A stretch of DNA of 64,000 nt from Octopus sinensis (taxonomy: Eukaryota): positions 164,858,001 through 164,922,000 of the forward strand of contig NC_042999.1 of NCBI RefSeq assembly GCF_006345805.1, given 5' to 3'. The position numbers and the translations under genes were made by a program. The notes beneath the pieces are model-generated. The model saw only the letters and a program-made list of their open reading frames with translations. It was not told the DNA's origin and made no database searches. Shown here in pieces: positions 13,886 to 27,509 of this stretch (the stretch's first letter is position 1; every line of letters starts with the position of its first letter).

Positions 13886-14217
13886 GTTGATGCTGTTGTT
13901 GTAAGAGGTGGCATTGTTTGTTTTTATTACTTATACTTTTAATTTTTTTAATCACTTCTACGGTATCTAAAAGCGAATTAACGAACATTTCAGGACCTAA
14001 AGCTATTTGCACTTATTTTATTTGGCGCTTAATTGAGATATTTAACACTTGATATCCTAACATTTCTAGTAACATAATGCTTTGGGGCATTGTTTTTTTA
14101 TCTTTATGGGTAATTTAGTTAAGTATCTGTCTAGTCTACAAAGACTATACCGAGAGATTGCAGAGCACAAAAGCAACTTATAAAGAAAAAGAAAATGAAA
14201 AAAACATATTATAAAAC

Positions 14218-14395
14218 TAGGCGTGGTCGGGTGTTAAGAAATTCACTTCCAAACCACATGGTTCTAGGTTCAGTCTCACAGCATGATAACTCCAGCAAGG
14301 CTTTAGTCGGCCCGAGGCTACTGTAGAAGACTACAGTAGCCTCGGGCCAACTAAAGCCTTGTGAGTGGATTCAGTGGACGAAGCTGAAAGAAGCC

Positions 14396-14476
<81 letters not shown>

Positions 14477-14509
14477 TGTATGTATGTATATATATATATA
14501 TATACATGC

Positions 14510-14560
<51 letters not shown>

Positions 14561-14808
14561 GTGTGTATGTATATACGTGTGTGTGCGTGTGCGTGTATTT
14601 GTGCTTGTCGCTCGCCACCACTTGACAGCCGATGTTGATGTTTACGCCTCCGTAACCTACCGGTTCGGCAAAACTGTCCGATGAAATATGAACCAGGCTT
14701 TAAAAAAATAGGAAAAAGGTACTGGGCTCGATTCGTTCGTCTAAAATTCTTCAAAGCGGTGCCACAACATGGCCGCCGTCTAATGACTGAAACAAGTGAA
14801 AGATACAA
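14218..14808 (+). mobile_element. SINE family A with expanded internal microsatellite and an internal hairpin
   Basis: Homology to 5478-5880. Confidence 0.85.
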
Positions 14809-15899
14809 AATAAAAAAGAAAGATAGCTAAGGAGTTTTATTAATGACAAAGTACATTCCCAAGATAAACACACCATTCCAGTAGAAATAATCTATGACAG
14901 TGGCCGGAAGCAATCTAAAACCAACAGGGATATTTACATCAGCTACAACAACATAACTAGGCCCATTGGAAGCTATTACAAAAGGGACCAACAACAGCAC
15001 TATCATCGATGAGGTCGAGAAATGGATTAGAAACGGTTTTATTGCAAACTAAACATAAAGGGCCAAAAAATATGAAAAATCATTAATTAGAAAGAATAAA
15101 TTGAAACGCAGGGGCGTCATATATGTACGCTAGCAGTAGTATCCGGCGTTGCATGGGTCTTAATAAATTACCATTCAACTGCGGAAAGATGAGGCCTCAC
15201 ACTTGAGAAAAATTTTGATCCCTACCTCGGCTACCGCGTTCGCGTAATGCTCTTCTGATTTCAACCCTTTACTCCTCAGCCCAGCGCAGATTAGAACCAT
15301 ACACTTGCGAATGAAGCCATAGAATGAAGCACACAGATAAACGAATAGGGAGAGAACGAGTTGAACAATTTCAGCGTTTCCTAAGAGGGAACTGTTTGAG
15401 CGATAGATTGCTCCCAGTTGAAGGAGGTTAATGATCAACAAGTTGAAATGTCGCCCTCAAGAGGTCCATGCAACACGTAGCAGCCATGCGTTTTGTAAAT
15501 TGGTATCCTTTCCGTTGAAGTGGTCACTTTAATGTTATGAATAAACATACTTCAGGTAATGGACAGTATAGAAGGCAGCAGAATGTCCTCAAATATGCGA
15601 TGCCTAACCTGCCTGTTCGTTGGTCCGTTTGTAGCAGTGTTTGACAACATTGTTTCTTCGCATTTATAATCATGCAACTTCAACGATTCGCCACCTCTTT
15701 GCCATCGTTGGAGCACCTCAGGAACGCCTTCCATAAACCCACAGAATATCAAGAAGCAGGCGCCCTTTTCTGATGCATCCGTCTGATATGGGAAAAATAG
15801 TAAGAATATTTGAGCTTACCCGTTATATGCGTGCATGGCGATAACGTACCCACTTCAGCTTTGGCAAATACGTAGCATTTCGTTGTAGACAATATTTCT

Positions 15900-16775
15900 T
15901 GTCTTCCCCCTACGTGTATATCAGGGGTTGCGAAGCCCCCATGGGAGGTGTTACGCTTTTGCCTTCAGGTGACTTTAGGCAAACTCTTCCTGTTATCCCC
16001 AAAGGCACGCGAGCAGATAAGGTTCAAGCATGTCTTAAGTCGTCTCTGCTCTGCCGTCATGACAGGTCATTGACCCTGACAATCAACACGAGGGCTCGAT
16101 TGCTCGGCGGCCAAGCGTCGGCTAACTTCGCAAGTGACATTATGAAACTTGGCGACGGTGAAGTGCCGCTTGACGCTGATGGGAAGCTGAACGTCAACCC
16201 GTTCGCAACTCCCGTTTCATCTTTGGCTGAACTCACCGATAAAGATAATTATCCCGTTTAAAAGATAATTATCTCAATCATGAATGGTTGAGAGAGCAGT
16301 GATGGCGCCGCAAAACGTGCCTGTTACAAAACTCAATGATCAACTGTTGCAGTCACTTCCAGGTGCTCCTTCCGCATACATACCTGTAGATTCGATGGTA
16401 GATGCAAATGAATCGGTGAATTTCCCAACGGAGTTCCTCAACTTTTTAGACCCTTCGGGCCTACCGCCACATCTGCTCCGCCTTAAAGTTGGAACTTCGG
16501 TTACGCTTCTACACAATTTGGTGCCCCCAGACTGTGCAACGGACACGACTGGTTGTAAAAAAAATTATAAAACATGTTGTCGAGGCAACCATCCTATCTG
16601 GATGCGGAAAAAGTGAGGGTGTATTCACTCCCAGGATTCCCCTTACTACCTCGGGAGCAGACATACCTTTCGACTTCAGAAGACTGCAATTCCGGCTCCG
16701 GCCCAGCTTCGCCATGTCTGTCAACAAGTCCCAGGGCCTGACTCTTTGATGATAGGTTTGCAGTATCAGGGTTCA
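15900..16775 (+). pseudogene. Helitron PIF1-family helicase relic (C-terminal motifs)
   Basis: GGVTLLPSGDFRQTLPVIPKGTRAD..ACLKSS; FPTEFLNFLDPSGLPPHLLRLKVG; FRRLQFRLRPSFAMSVNKSQGLTL; frameshifted. Confidence 0.9.
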
Positions 16776-17284
16776 TCTGAAGTTAAATAACAACAACATT
16801 ATGGTAAATTTCTATATTATCACCCGCACGATTTTAACTAAGAAAAAAAAAATCCAAAAATTTGATTTTTTGCGTGGAATCAAGTACCCTGACCTCCTAA
16901 TATGCTGCAAATCCCTTATTTTGGTTCGGAAAAAATGAGGTGGGGTTTCCCCCCATCCTGGAATCATTGGAAATTTCTTTTCGTTGAATGAATTCCTGTT
17001 ACCTCCTAATTTCGCAAAATTTGGTTATTTAAAGTGAGCCTGGTAAACGATGGTTTTGGGGTCTTGTTGTTTGTAACTCTGTAAAGAGAGATAAATTAGA
17101 AGAACTGGCAATCTTTGCTGCAATATTCTAAGTAAAATTGTTTTTATTCTTTACTTTACTAGAAGTAATAGTTTGTCCTATACTTTTACAGGTGTAATAA
17201 CTTGTCCTGTACTTTTCTAGGTTTGTAATCTAAAGAATATTACTTTTCATACTCGCATTTTTCCATGTAATATATATATATATA

Positions 17285-18552
17285 CGAGGGGCGTTCAATA
17301 AGTAATGCCCCTGACCCACTTGCAGTTGTTTGATCTAGCTGAAACTTTGCATGTGCACTTATTTATACCTCTATAGATTAAGTGGCGAATTACAGCTCTG
17401 AACTAATTGTGGTTTCTGATTTACAGGTGTTTGAACTGAGTCAAGTGTGAAATGGAGCCTGTTGAGTGTCGAGCAGTGATCTGGTTTTTGTATTTGAAAG
17501 GACGAACACCACGGGGGACTTTTGACGAAATGAAAGTAACTTATGGTGATGATGCCCCATCATATGACCTTGTAAAACGCTGGCATTGTGAATTCAAACA
17601 TAGTCGGAACTCTATGGAAACAGCTCCCAGATCTGGACGCCCCCTTCTACCGTTGATGAGACGTCTGTCCGTCAAGTTGAGGCTGTCATTTTGGAAGGTC
17701 AACGCATAACTATTCGCCAAATAACCCATAAGGTCAAGATTAGTACCGGGTCTGTGGAAACTATCATTCATGACCATTTGCATATGCAAAAGGTGTCTGC
17801 CAGATGGATTTCCAGGTTGCTCACACCTTTCCAGAAGCAAGAACGCGTTGAGTGCTCGAGGATGAATTTGGAGATGTGCCAAGAAGATGAGTCAAAATTT
17901 TTCAAAAGACTGATCACACAGGATAAAACCTGGGTCCATCACTATGATCCATAGACCAAAGCCCAGTCAATGCAGTGAAAGCACCGTGACTCACCTCCTC
18001 CAAAGAAGGCAAGGGTGCAGCCCTCCGCTGACAAGGTTATGCTCACAGTCTTCTGGGACCAGCACGGAGTAGTGATGACAGATTTCCTGGCAAAGGGTAC
18101 CACAATTACAGGAGCCTATTATGCTTAACTTTTGAGGAAATTATGAGAAGCTATCAAAATCAAGAGGCGGGGCAAGATCAGCAAAGGCATCCTCCTCCTG
18201 CAGAACAACGCTCCGGTCCACAACTCGCGTGTCGCCAGATCAGAAGCACAGGCGTGCAGCTATGAACTCCCCCCCTTGCACCCTCTGATTTTCACATATT
18301 CCCAGCCATGAAGTTGATTTTGAAAGGAAAGCGTTTCCCAGATGATGCAGCCTTGATTTCTGAAGTCACGTCGTGGTTGGAGGACCAAGCTGGGGTCTTC
18401 TACAAAACGGTCTCCAGAGCTGTATCAAACGATGGGAGAAATGCATAACTCTGGGTAGTTCCTATGTAGGAAAAGACTAATAACTGTGCCAAGTGTCGTT
18501 GCTCTACTGCTATGGGAAGTAGGTCAGGGGCATTACTTATTGAACGCCCCTC

Positions 18553-18553
<1 letters not shown>
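17285..18553 (+). mobile_element. Full-length mariner (irritans/Himar1-like), 1269 bp, defective transposase 17452-18480
   Basis: Perfect 32-bp TIRs (cgaggggcgttcaataagtaatgcccctgacc at 17285-17316 and 18522-18553), flanked by TA. Motifs RAVIWFLYLKG, PRSGRP, KVSARWISRLLT, ITQDKTWVHHYDP, LLQNNAPVH, APSDF; frameshifts and stops. Confidence 0.97.
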
Positions 18554-18594
<41 letters not shown>

Positions 18595-18619
18595 CTTAAC
18601 ATATCTACTTTCTCCGGGG

Positions 18620-19075
18620 CCCATCAACGTCCGATAGCAGTTGCAACTGCCATGATAAAACCACCTGCCCCCTCAACAACAACTGCCTACAGAGGGACCT
18701 AGTATATAAATGCGAGGTAAGATCAGGCCTTGACGATAAAAGTAAATCCTACATTGGAATGACGTCAAACAGCTTTAAGACCCGCTGGTACGCACATACA
18801 CACTCGTTCCGGCGACAGGATAAATCCAACCAAACTACCCTCGCCGCCCACATCTGGTACCTTAAAAGGAACTCTATCCCCTTCAAGACCAAGTGGAAAC
18901 TACTACAGAAGGCGCGCTCGTACACAGGAGGACATACCTGCTGTGACCTATGCATATCAGAGAGCTAGAGATCTTGTTCGCCAAAGGCCCTCTCCTTAAC
19001 AAATTTTCAGAACACTCCCCAAATGCATGCATAAGAAGTATGCGAACTATAAGAACTATAGACCTACCGGCAACC
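18620..19075 (+). pseudogene. Penelope-like element GIY-YIG endonuclease relic (Neptune-type), 5'-truncated
   Basis: CNCHDKTTCPLNNNCLQRDLVYKCEV...YIGMTSNSFKTRWYAHTHSFR...TTLAAHIWYLK...CDLCISE...LLNK.SE...KCMHKK. Confidence 0.9.
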
Positions 19076-20722
19076 TGATTGATGACAATCCCCCCCCCTA
19101 CAACCCCCCCAACCCACTGTTCCCCTAGCACCCCCGTTTACCTTTCTCCTAAGACCTTTCACATATTGTATGTGCACGCTTGTATATGTGTATCGTATGT
19201 ATGTATATATGTATAGAAATGCATGGGTACAGTAGGAATATACGCATGTATTATGTGTGTGTGTGTGTATGTATGCATGTAAAAAAATATATATATGTAT
19301 ATATGTTTGCATATATGAATATATATATATATATATATATGTATGTGCTTGTATGTGTGTGTGTGTGTGTGTATATATGTATATGTGTTTGTATGTATAT
19401 GTGTATATACGTGTAAATGTATGTGTTTTTGTATGTGTATGTATGTATAAAATATTATATAATTAGGGCTTAGTAAAATAAAATAAATTACTTTGCCACA
19501 TACTAAACTTTCTAGAAATAGCAGCCAATAAAGGTTTTTAGCCTCTTCCACTACTTAGAGAATTTTTTTCCCTCTAACATTGTTTACTCAAAATAATAAT
19601 GGTCCCTTTACATACTGAATTCTTGGTGAATTTGATTAATAACTAATTAACTTCACCCTCCCTTGTTGATATATATATGTATGTATATGTGTACATGTAT
19701 GTATATATATGTGTGTGTGTGAATGTGTGTATGTATGTATTTGTACATGTGTGTGTGTATATGTATGTGCGCGCGTGTGTGTGTATGTATATTTGTATAT
19801 GTATGTGCATGTGTATGTATGTGTGTATATATATGTATATGTATGTATATATATGTATATATATGTATATGTATATATATATATATGTTATATATATGTG
19901 TATGTATATGTATGTATATATGTGTGTGTGTGTGTGTATATATTATATATATATATATATGTATGGGTATGTGTATCCGTGTATATATGTATGTGTGTGT
20001 GTGTATGTATATGTATGTATGTGTGTGTATATATATGTGTATATATGTATATATATGTATATATATATATATATGTATGTATGTGTATGTGTATGTGTGT
20101 GTAGGTGTGCATGTATGTGTATGTGTATATGTGTATATATATGTATGTGTATATATGTGTATATATATATATGTGTATATATGTATATATATGTATATAT
20201 ATATGTATATATATATGTATATATGAGTGCGCGTGTGTGTATGTATGCATATATGTATGTATGCATGTATATGTGTATGTATATATATGTGTGTAAGTGT
20301 GTGCATATATGTATATGTAAGTATGTGCGCGTGTATGAGTATGTATGTATGCTTGCACACGTGTATATATATGTGTGTGTGTGTATATATATGGATGCGC
20401 GTGCGTGCGTGCACGTGTATGGGTACGCATGTGTATATGTGTATGTGCGTGTATGTGTATGTATGCATATATGTATGTATGCATGTATATGTGTATGTAT
20501 ATATGTGTGTAAGTGTGTGCATATATGTATATGTAAGTATGTGTGCGTGTATGAGTATGTATGTATGCTTGCACACGTGTATATATGTGTGTGTGTGTGT
20601 ATATATATGGATGCATGTGCGTGTGTGCACGTGTATGGGTACGCATGTATATGTGTATGTGCGTGTATGCGTATACGTGTATGTATGTATGTGTGGGCGT
20701 ATATTTGTATATGTATGTGTGA

Positions 20723-20779
<57 letters not shown>

Positions 20780-21511
20780 TGGGGGTGTATGTATGCGTAT
20801 AAATGCATGTAAGTATGGATGTATGGATGTATGTATGTATGCTTACGTATGTATGTGTGTGTGTATGTATGTGTGTGTGTATGTATGTGTGTATATATGT
20901 ATATATATATATATGTGTATATATGTATGTGTATATGTGTATATATGTGTATATATGTATGTGTATATGTGTATATATGTATGTGTGTGTATGTGTGTAT
21001 ATATATATATATATAATATATGTATATATATGTATATATATATATAATATATATATATATATGTATGTGTGTGTATGTGTATATATATGTATATGGGTAT
21101 GTATCTGTATGTAGGAGTATATATATGGGTGTGTGTGTGTGTATGTGTATATGTGTATATGTATATATATATATGTATATATATGTATATTTATTGGTGT
21201 ATATATAGACTAGCCTCCTAAAGTGTAGACATGAATCTGTAGGTACGAGTACGTATGTGTATATACGTGAACGTATGTAGATGTTTGTATGTATGAATAT
21301 AACGGTGCGTACGTGTATGTGTATGAGTGTACGAATGGGTGTATGTACGTGCTAATGAGTGTGCGTGCGGGAACGAGTACTTGCCTTCTAGTAGACAGAC
21401 AATTGGACATGCTGCCATCGCCAGGATCCTTAGCCCTAGCGATCAAAGATAACAAAAAGTAATAAATGAAGATAATAAAATTAAAAATTAGGGAATGGGC
21501 CTGTATTTGAT

Positions 21512-21552
<41 letters not shown>

Positions 21553-21887
21553 TATATATATATGTATGTATGTGTGTATGTGTAGGTATGTATAGGCACA
21601 CATGTGTACGTATGTGTGTGTGTGTATGTATATGTGTTTATGTATGTATGTGCACACATTTTATTTTTTTTATTTTTTTTATTTTTATTTTTTTTATTTT
21701 TTTTTTTTATTTATTATTTTATTTTATTTTTTTTATTTATCTATTCTTTCATCTAACTTACCACTGACTCCTTGACCACTCCCCCAAGTATGATATTTTG
21801 CGCTATGCCTACCCCCAAAAAAGTCCCACACCACCACTCCTTTAAACCTGCCTAAATGTATAAATGCTAATACAATTCTTGTTAAAT

Positions 21888-21938
21888 AGCTTCCTGAAGA
21901 TTTCTCTTGAATGAAACAGTACTAGTCCTGTAGAAGCT
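21888..21938 (+). ncRNA. Hammerhead-ribozyme-like motif (type I), copy 1
   Basis: AGCUUC-CUGAAGA-uuucucuugaau-GAA-ACAG(uacuaguc)CUGU-A-GAAGCU; stem II is weak. Confidence 0.55.
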
Positions 21939-22977
21939 CCTTCTATATAATAAAATATATATATATATATATATATATAATGTAAAGAGACTTAGCGGTT
22001 GTAATAACCGGCTAAGGGATAAAATATCCGTATATACTATCGGTATCCATTACCCGTGTTATCCCCGAGCATTGGTGTGCAGGAATACTATGCACGTAGA
22101 GTGCAGGTAACAACATGATAAACAAGAGTTTATCAGGAAGCAAATACAATTTATCAGAAAATGGAGAAAACCTCAGATTAAGAAACTCATCGATTGGGCC
22201 ACATTTATAGCATATTTTTTAATACAAAGCATGACATAACAAAATAGGTGACGTCATCTATTTGTTAGGTATTAAAAAAAAATTATGAATGTGGCCCAAT
22301 CGATGTGTTTCTTAATCTGAGGTTTTCTCCATTTTCTGATAAATTATATATATGTATATGTCTGTGTGTGTGTGTAAATATATGTATATATATGTATATA
22401 TATATGTGTGTGTATATTATGTATATATATATATATATGTGTATATATGTATATATATATATATATATATGTATATATGAGTGCGCGTGTGTGTATGTAT
22501 GTGTGTATATATGTATGTGTGTGTATATATGTATGTGTATATGTGTATATATGTATGTGTGTGTATATATGTATATGTAAGTATGTGCGCGTGTATGAGT
22601 ATGTATGTATGCTTGCACACGTGTATATATATGTGTGTGTGTGTATATATATGGATGCGCGTGCGTGCGTGCACGTGTATGGGTACGCATGTGTATATGT
22701 GTATGTGCGTGTATGTGTATGTATGCATATATGTATGTATGCATGTATATGTGTATGTATATATGTGTGTAAGTGTGTGCATATATGTATATGTAAGTAT
22801 GTGTGCGTGTATGAGTATGTATGTATGCTTGCACACGTGTATATATGTGTGTGTGTGTGTATATATATGGATGCATGTGCGTGTGTGCACGTGTATGGGT
22901 ACGCATGTATATGTGTATGTGCGTGTATGTGTATGTATGTGTGTATGTATGTGTGTGTATATATATGTATATATATA

Positions 22978-23026
<49 letters not shown>

Positions 23027-23256
23027 TATATATATAGATGGGGGTGTATGTATGCGTATAAATGCATGTAAGTATGGATGTACGGATGTATGTATGTATG
23101 CTTACGTATGTATTGTTGTGTGTATATGTATGTAGGTGTGTGTATGTATGTGTGTATATATGTATATATATATATGTGTGTATATATGTTTGTGTATATA
23201 TATGTATATATATGTGTATGTATGTGTGTGTATATATATGTGTGTGTGGTATGTAT

Positions 23257-23294
<38 letters not shown>

Positions 23295-23308
23295 GTATGT
23301 ATATATAT

Positions 23309-23339
<31 letters not shown>

Positions 23340-23406
23340 ATGTGTATATATGTATATGGGTATGTATCTGTATGTAGGAGTATATATATGTGTGTGTGTG
23401 TGTGTA

Positions 23407-23467
<61 letters not shown>

Positions 23468-23788
23468 TTATTGGTGTATATATAGACTAGCCTCCTAAAG
23501 TGTAGACATGAATCTGTAGGTACGAGTACGTATGTGTATATACGTGAACGTATGTAGATGTTTGTATGTATGAATATAACGCGTGCGTACGTGTATGTGT
23601 ATGAGTGTACGAATGGGTGTATGTACGTGCTAATGAGTGTGCGTGCGGGAACGAGTACTTGCCTTCTAGTAGACAGACAATTGGACATGCTGCCATCGCC
23701 AGGATCCTTAGCCCTAGCGATCAAAGATAACAAAAGTAATAAATGAAGATAATAAAATTAAAAATTAGGGAATGGGCCTGTATTTGAT

Positions 23789-23834
<46 letters not shown>

Positions 23835-24167
23835 ATATATATATGTATGTAGGTGTGTATGTGTAGGTATGTATAGGCACACATGTGTACGTATGTGTGT
23901 GTGTATGTATATGTGTTTATGTATGTATGTGCACACATTTTATTTTTTTTATTTTTATTTTTTTTATTTTTTTTTATTTTTTTTTTTTTTATTTATTATT
24001 TTATTTTATTTTTTTTATTTATCTATTCTTTCATCTAACTTACCACTGACTCCTTGACCACTCCCCCAAGTATGATATTTTGCGCTATGCCTACCCCCAA
24101 AAAAGTCCCCACACCACTCCTTTAAACCTGCCTAAATGTATAAATGCTAATACAATTCTTGTTAAAT

Positions 24168-24217
24168 AGCTTCCTGAAGATTTCTCTTGAATGAAACAGT
24201 ACTAGTCTGTAGAAGCT
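24168..24217 (+). ncRNA. Hammerhead-ribozyme-like motif (type I), copy 2
   Basis: Stem I AGCUUC/GAAGCU, core CUGAAGA and GAAA, stem III ACAG/CUGU, GUA triplet; stem II UUC/GAA with a U-U first pair. Confidence 0.6.
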
Positions 24218-24974
24218 CCTTCTATATAATAAAATATATATATATATATAGATATAATGTAAAGAGACTTAGCGGTTGTAATAACCGGCTAAGGGATAAA
24301 ATATCCGTATATACTATCGGTATCATTACCCGTGTTATCCCCGAGCATTGGTGTGCAGGAATACTATGCACGTAGAGTGCAGGTAACAACATGATAAAGA
24401 AGAGTTTATCAGGAAGCAAATACAATTTATCAGAAAATGGAGAAAACCTCAGATTAAGAAACTCATCGATTGGGCCACATTTATAGCATATTTTTTAATA
24501 CAAAGCATGACATAACAAAATAGGTGACGTCATCTATTTGTTAGGTATTAAAAAAAAATTATGAATGTGGCCCAATCGATGTGTTTCTTAATCTGAGGTT
24601 TTCTCCATTTTCTGATAAATTATATATATGTATATGTCTGTGTGTGTGTGTAAATATATGTATATATATGTATATATATATGTGTGTGTATATATATGTA
24701 TATATATATATATATGTGTGTATATATATGTATATATATATGTATATATATATGACCATCCCCAAATACAACAATTTGTATTTAGGGATGGTCATGTTGC
24801 CAGTTTAGCCAAGAAGGGGATACTAATAATGCAGACACATTCCCACACACACTCACTTACTAAACATAGACACAAACTGGGATATACGCATGCGCAAATA
24901 AAGACGCATACAATAGGAATACAAATAGCAGATCGTTAGTAGGAGTGACACAAAAAAGAAAGAAGAAAGCAAAG

Positions 24975-25017
24975 GACCACTGATGAGGTCACAGAAGTGT
25001 GACGAAAGAACTCTGGC
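24975..25017 (+). ncRNA. Minimal hammerhead-ribozyme motif in a short solo element
   Basis: CCA-CUGAUGA-G-GUCAC(agaagu)GUGAC-GAAA-G-aa-CUC-UGG. Confidence 0.65.
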
Positions 25018-25150
25018 CGAAATACAATTAATATAAAAATAAAGTTAAAGCAGGTGAACACCAAATATATAGTGCGTGTGTTTTTATTGTCTAAACTATC
25101 CCCAAACATGACTATCCCCAAATACAATTATATATATATATATATATAAT

Positions 25151-25243
<93 letters not shown>

Positions 25244-25671
25244 CATACATATTTGTATATATATATATACATATATATGACTGAAACAAGTAAAAGAAAT
25301 AAATATAAAGGAATAAAAGAGTACTAAAATTCTTCAAGGCGCCGCTCCTGTATGCCACAGTCTAATGACTGAGACAAGTACAAGCTATATATATATATAT
25401 GTACAGAGAGAGGGAGAGGGAGAGGGAGAGAGAGGGGAGAGAGGGCGGGAGAGGGAGAGGGAGAGAGAGGAAGAGAGACAGATAAACAGATACGGCTGAG
25501 TGATCAAATGAAAGTGATTGGTACTCAACACACATTTGGTAGGAGTTACATATATTTTCTAAAAACAGTTTGACTCATCTGAATATGACTTACAGTATTA
25601 TAGGCGAATAGAAGGGCCCCCGTACTACACTCATATGGGGCTTAGTCAAACAGTTATAATATATGTGTATG

Positions 25672-25880
25672 TAAGGCTGTGATCTGGTTGAATCGTTAGC
25701 ATGTCGGGCAAGATACAAAATGACATTTCGTTCGTCTTTACGTTCTGAGTTCAAGTTCCGCCGAGGTTGACTTTACCTTTTATCCTTTCGGAGTCGATGA
25801 ACAAGTGCCAATTGAGTACTACGGTTGATGTAATTGACTGATCCCCTCCTCCGAAATTGCTGGCCTGGAGCCAAAATTTA
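25672..25880 (+). mobile_element. SINE family B
   Basis: Homology to 13660-13885. Confidence 0.85.
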
Positions 25881-26306
25881 TATGTGTACGTGATTGTATG
25901 TATGCATACAATGATATGCGCATATGTATGCATGCATACACACACACATACATGCATGCATACATACATACATACATACATACATACATACATACATACA
26001 TACATACATACATACATACAAAAATACCCTGTTGTTGATGTTGAAATTCCAATGATAGAGTCTTAGATTTAGGTTAGAAGCCTGTTCTTCCGCTATTGGC
26101 AACAAATCTTGAAATAAAACTGAAAATGACATACATGCATATCATATATATATTTAAAGTGTTTTCGTCAGCTACCATTACGTAATAGGTATGTACTATG
26201 AGAGCTCAGTTTGGTCTATCACTAAAACTCCGGCTTAAACTGCAACTGAAAAATGTGTTGGTGAGAGAGAAGTGATTTCTCCTTTCTTTTATTTTAATCT
26301 ATCTCT

Positions 26307-26370
<64 letters not shown>

Positions 26371-26381
26371 TTGCACACACA

Positions 26382-26432
<51 letters not shown>

Positions 26433-27133
26433 ATGTATATAAATATAATTGTGTGTGTATTGATCTTAATTCAATTCTGTTTGTGCTTAATCAAGCTCGC
26501 TGGGAAATGGTAATAAATTAATTTAAGATATGATATAAAGACTGGTACATTCACATCCACCCGTAGGTGTGCTCGTAAATGTACACAGACACAGACACAG
26601 GCACACACACACACACAGGCATATGTTCACACATATTTATATAGAGTATATTGTAGCATACACTCGTATGTTTTTCATTTACTGTATGTTTTCATTTACA
26701 ATGGCCTCGTTGGACTTAAGAGCTCTATGAATGTTCAAACGGACAAATCAATATTCCATTGCAAATATTCTACACATTATATAAACATAGCTACACAAAC
26801 CCAACATGTATGAAAGTGCCACTCTCACAAACACGCACCTACACTCACAAACACACGCACATTTATACACATACATGCACATACAATCACATACATACGT
26901 ACATGCACGCATACATAGATACACACACACACATACACTGTCCTCCAGATGAAAGATCTAGTTTCATCGAAATTGTAAGTAAACATTGCCGTATAAAATA
27001 ATTCCCTCTGACTTCAAACATGTTGAACACTTTTTTGATTTGATTTGCAGACATCATCCTAACCTTATGATTATAAGTATCTGTAATGTTTATGTGTGCG
27101 TGTGTGTGCGTGCGTATATACATACACACATAC

Positions 27134-27164
<31 letters not shown>

Positions 27165-27469
27165 CATACATACATACATACATACACACAGACATTCACA
27201 TACATACATACATACATACATACATACAAATAGTTTATAATATATTTAATGCCACCATCTTACGTACATTTCATTAATATAAGGCGATTATTAGTTGCAT
27301 AATTAAGACACATTGTCAAATCGCCAGAAACATTTTTGTAGAGCCTGTGTTATATTAGCTACCAGTCCTAATGGCACTTGATATATTCTAGATAAATGTA
27401 GCCCACAGAACTATATGTTGTTATTGTTAAACTGCCAGTGGAATTTGTGGCTATATATATGTACACACG

Positions 27470-27509
<40 letters not shown>

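Larger units (their letters stand above)
20100..24750 (+). repeat. ~2.28-kb tandem direct duplication (microsatellite block plus unique sequence) downstream of the Penelope endonuclease; pLTR-like
   Basis: Unique segments 21205-21510 = 23483-23788 and 21740-22345 = 24020-24621 are nearly identical; the start of a third unit is at 24622-24750. Confidence 0.93.

Noticed and set aside
19653-21047. Long ORFs (up to 456 aa) of MYVC/HTYI/IYIY type here and throughout the window
   Set aside because: These are translations of TA/TG/TATG microsatellites, which lack stop codons; they are not genes.
26949-26980. Possible 26-bp micro-exon (ccag|ATG...ATT|gtaagt)
   Set aside because: Weak polypyrimidine tract, no partner exons and no recognisable peptide; expected by chance without RNA-seq.
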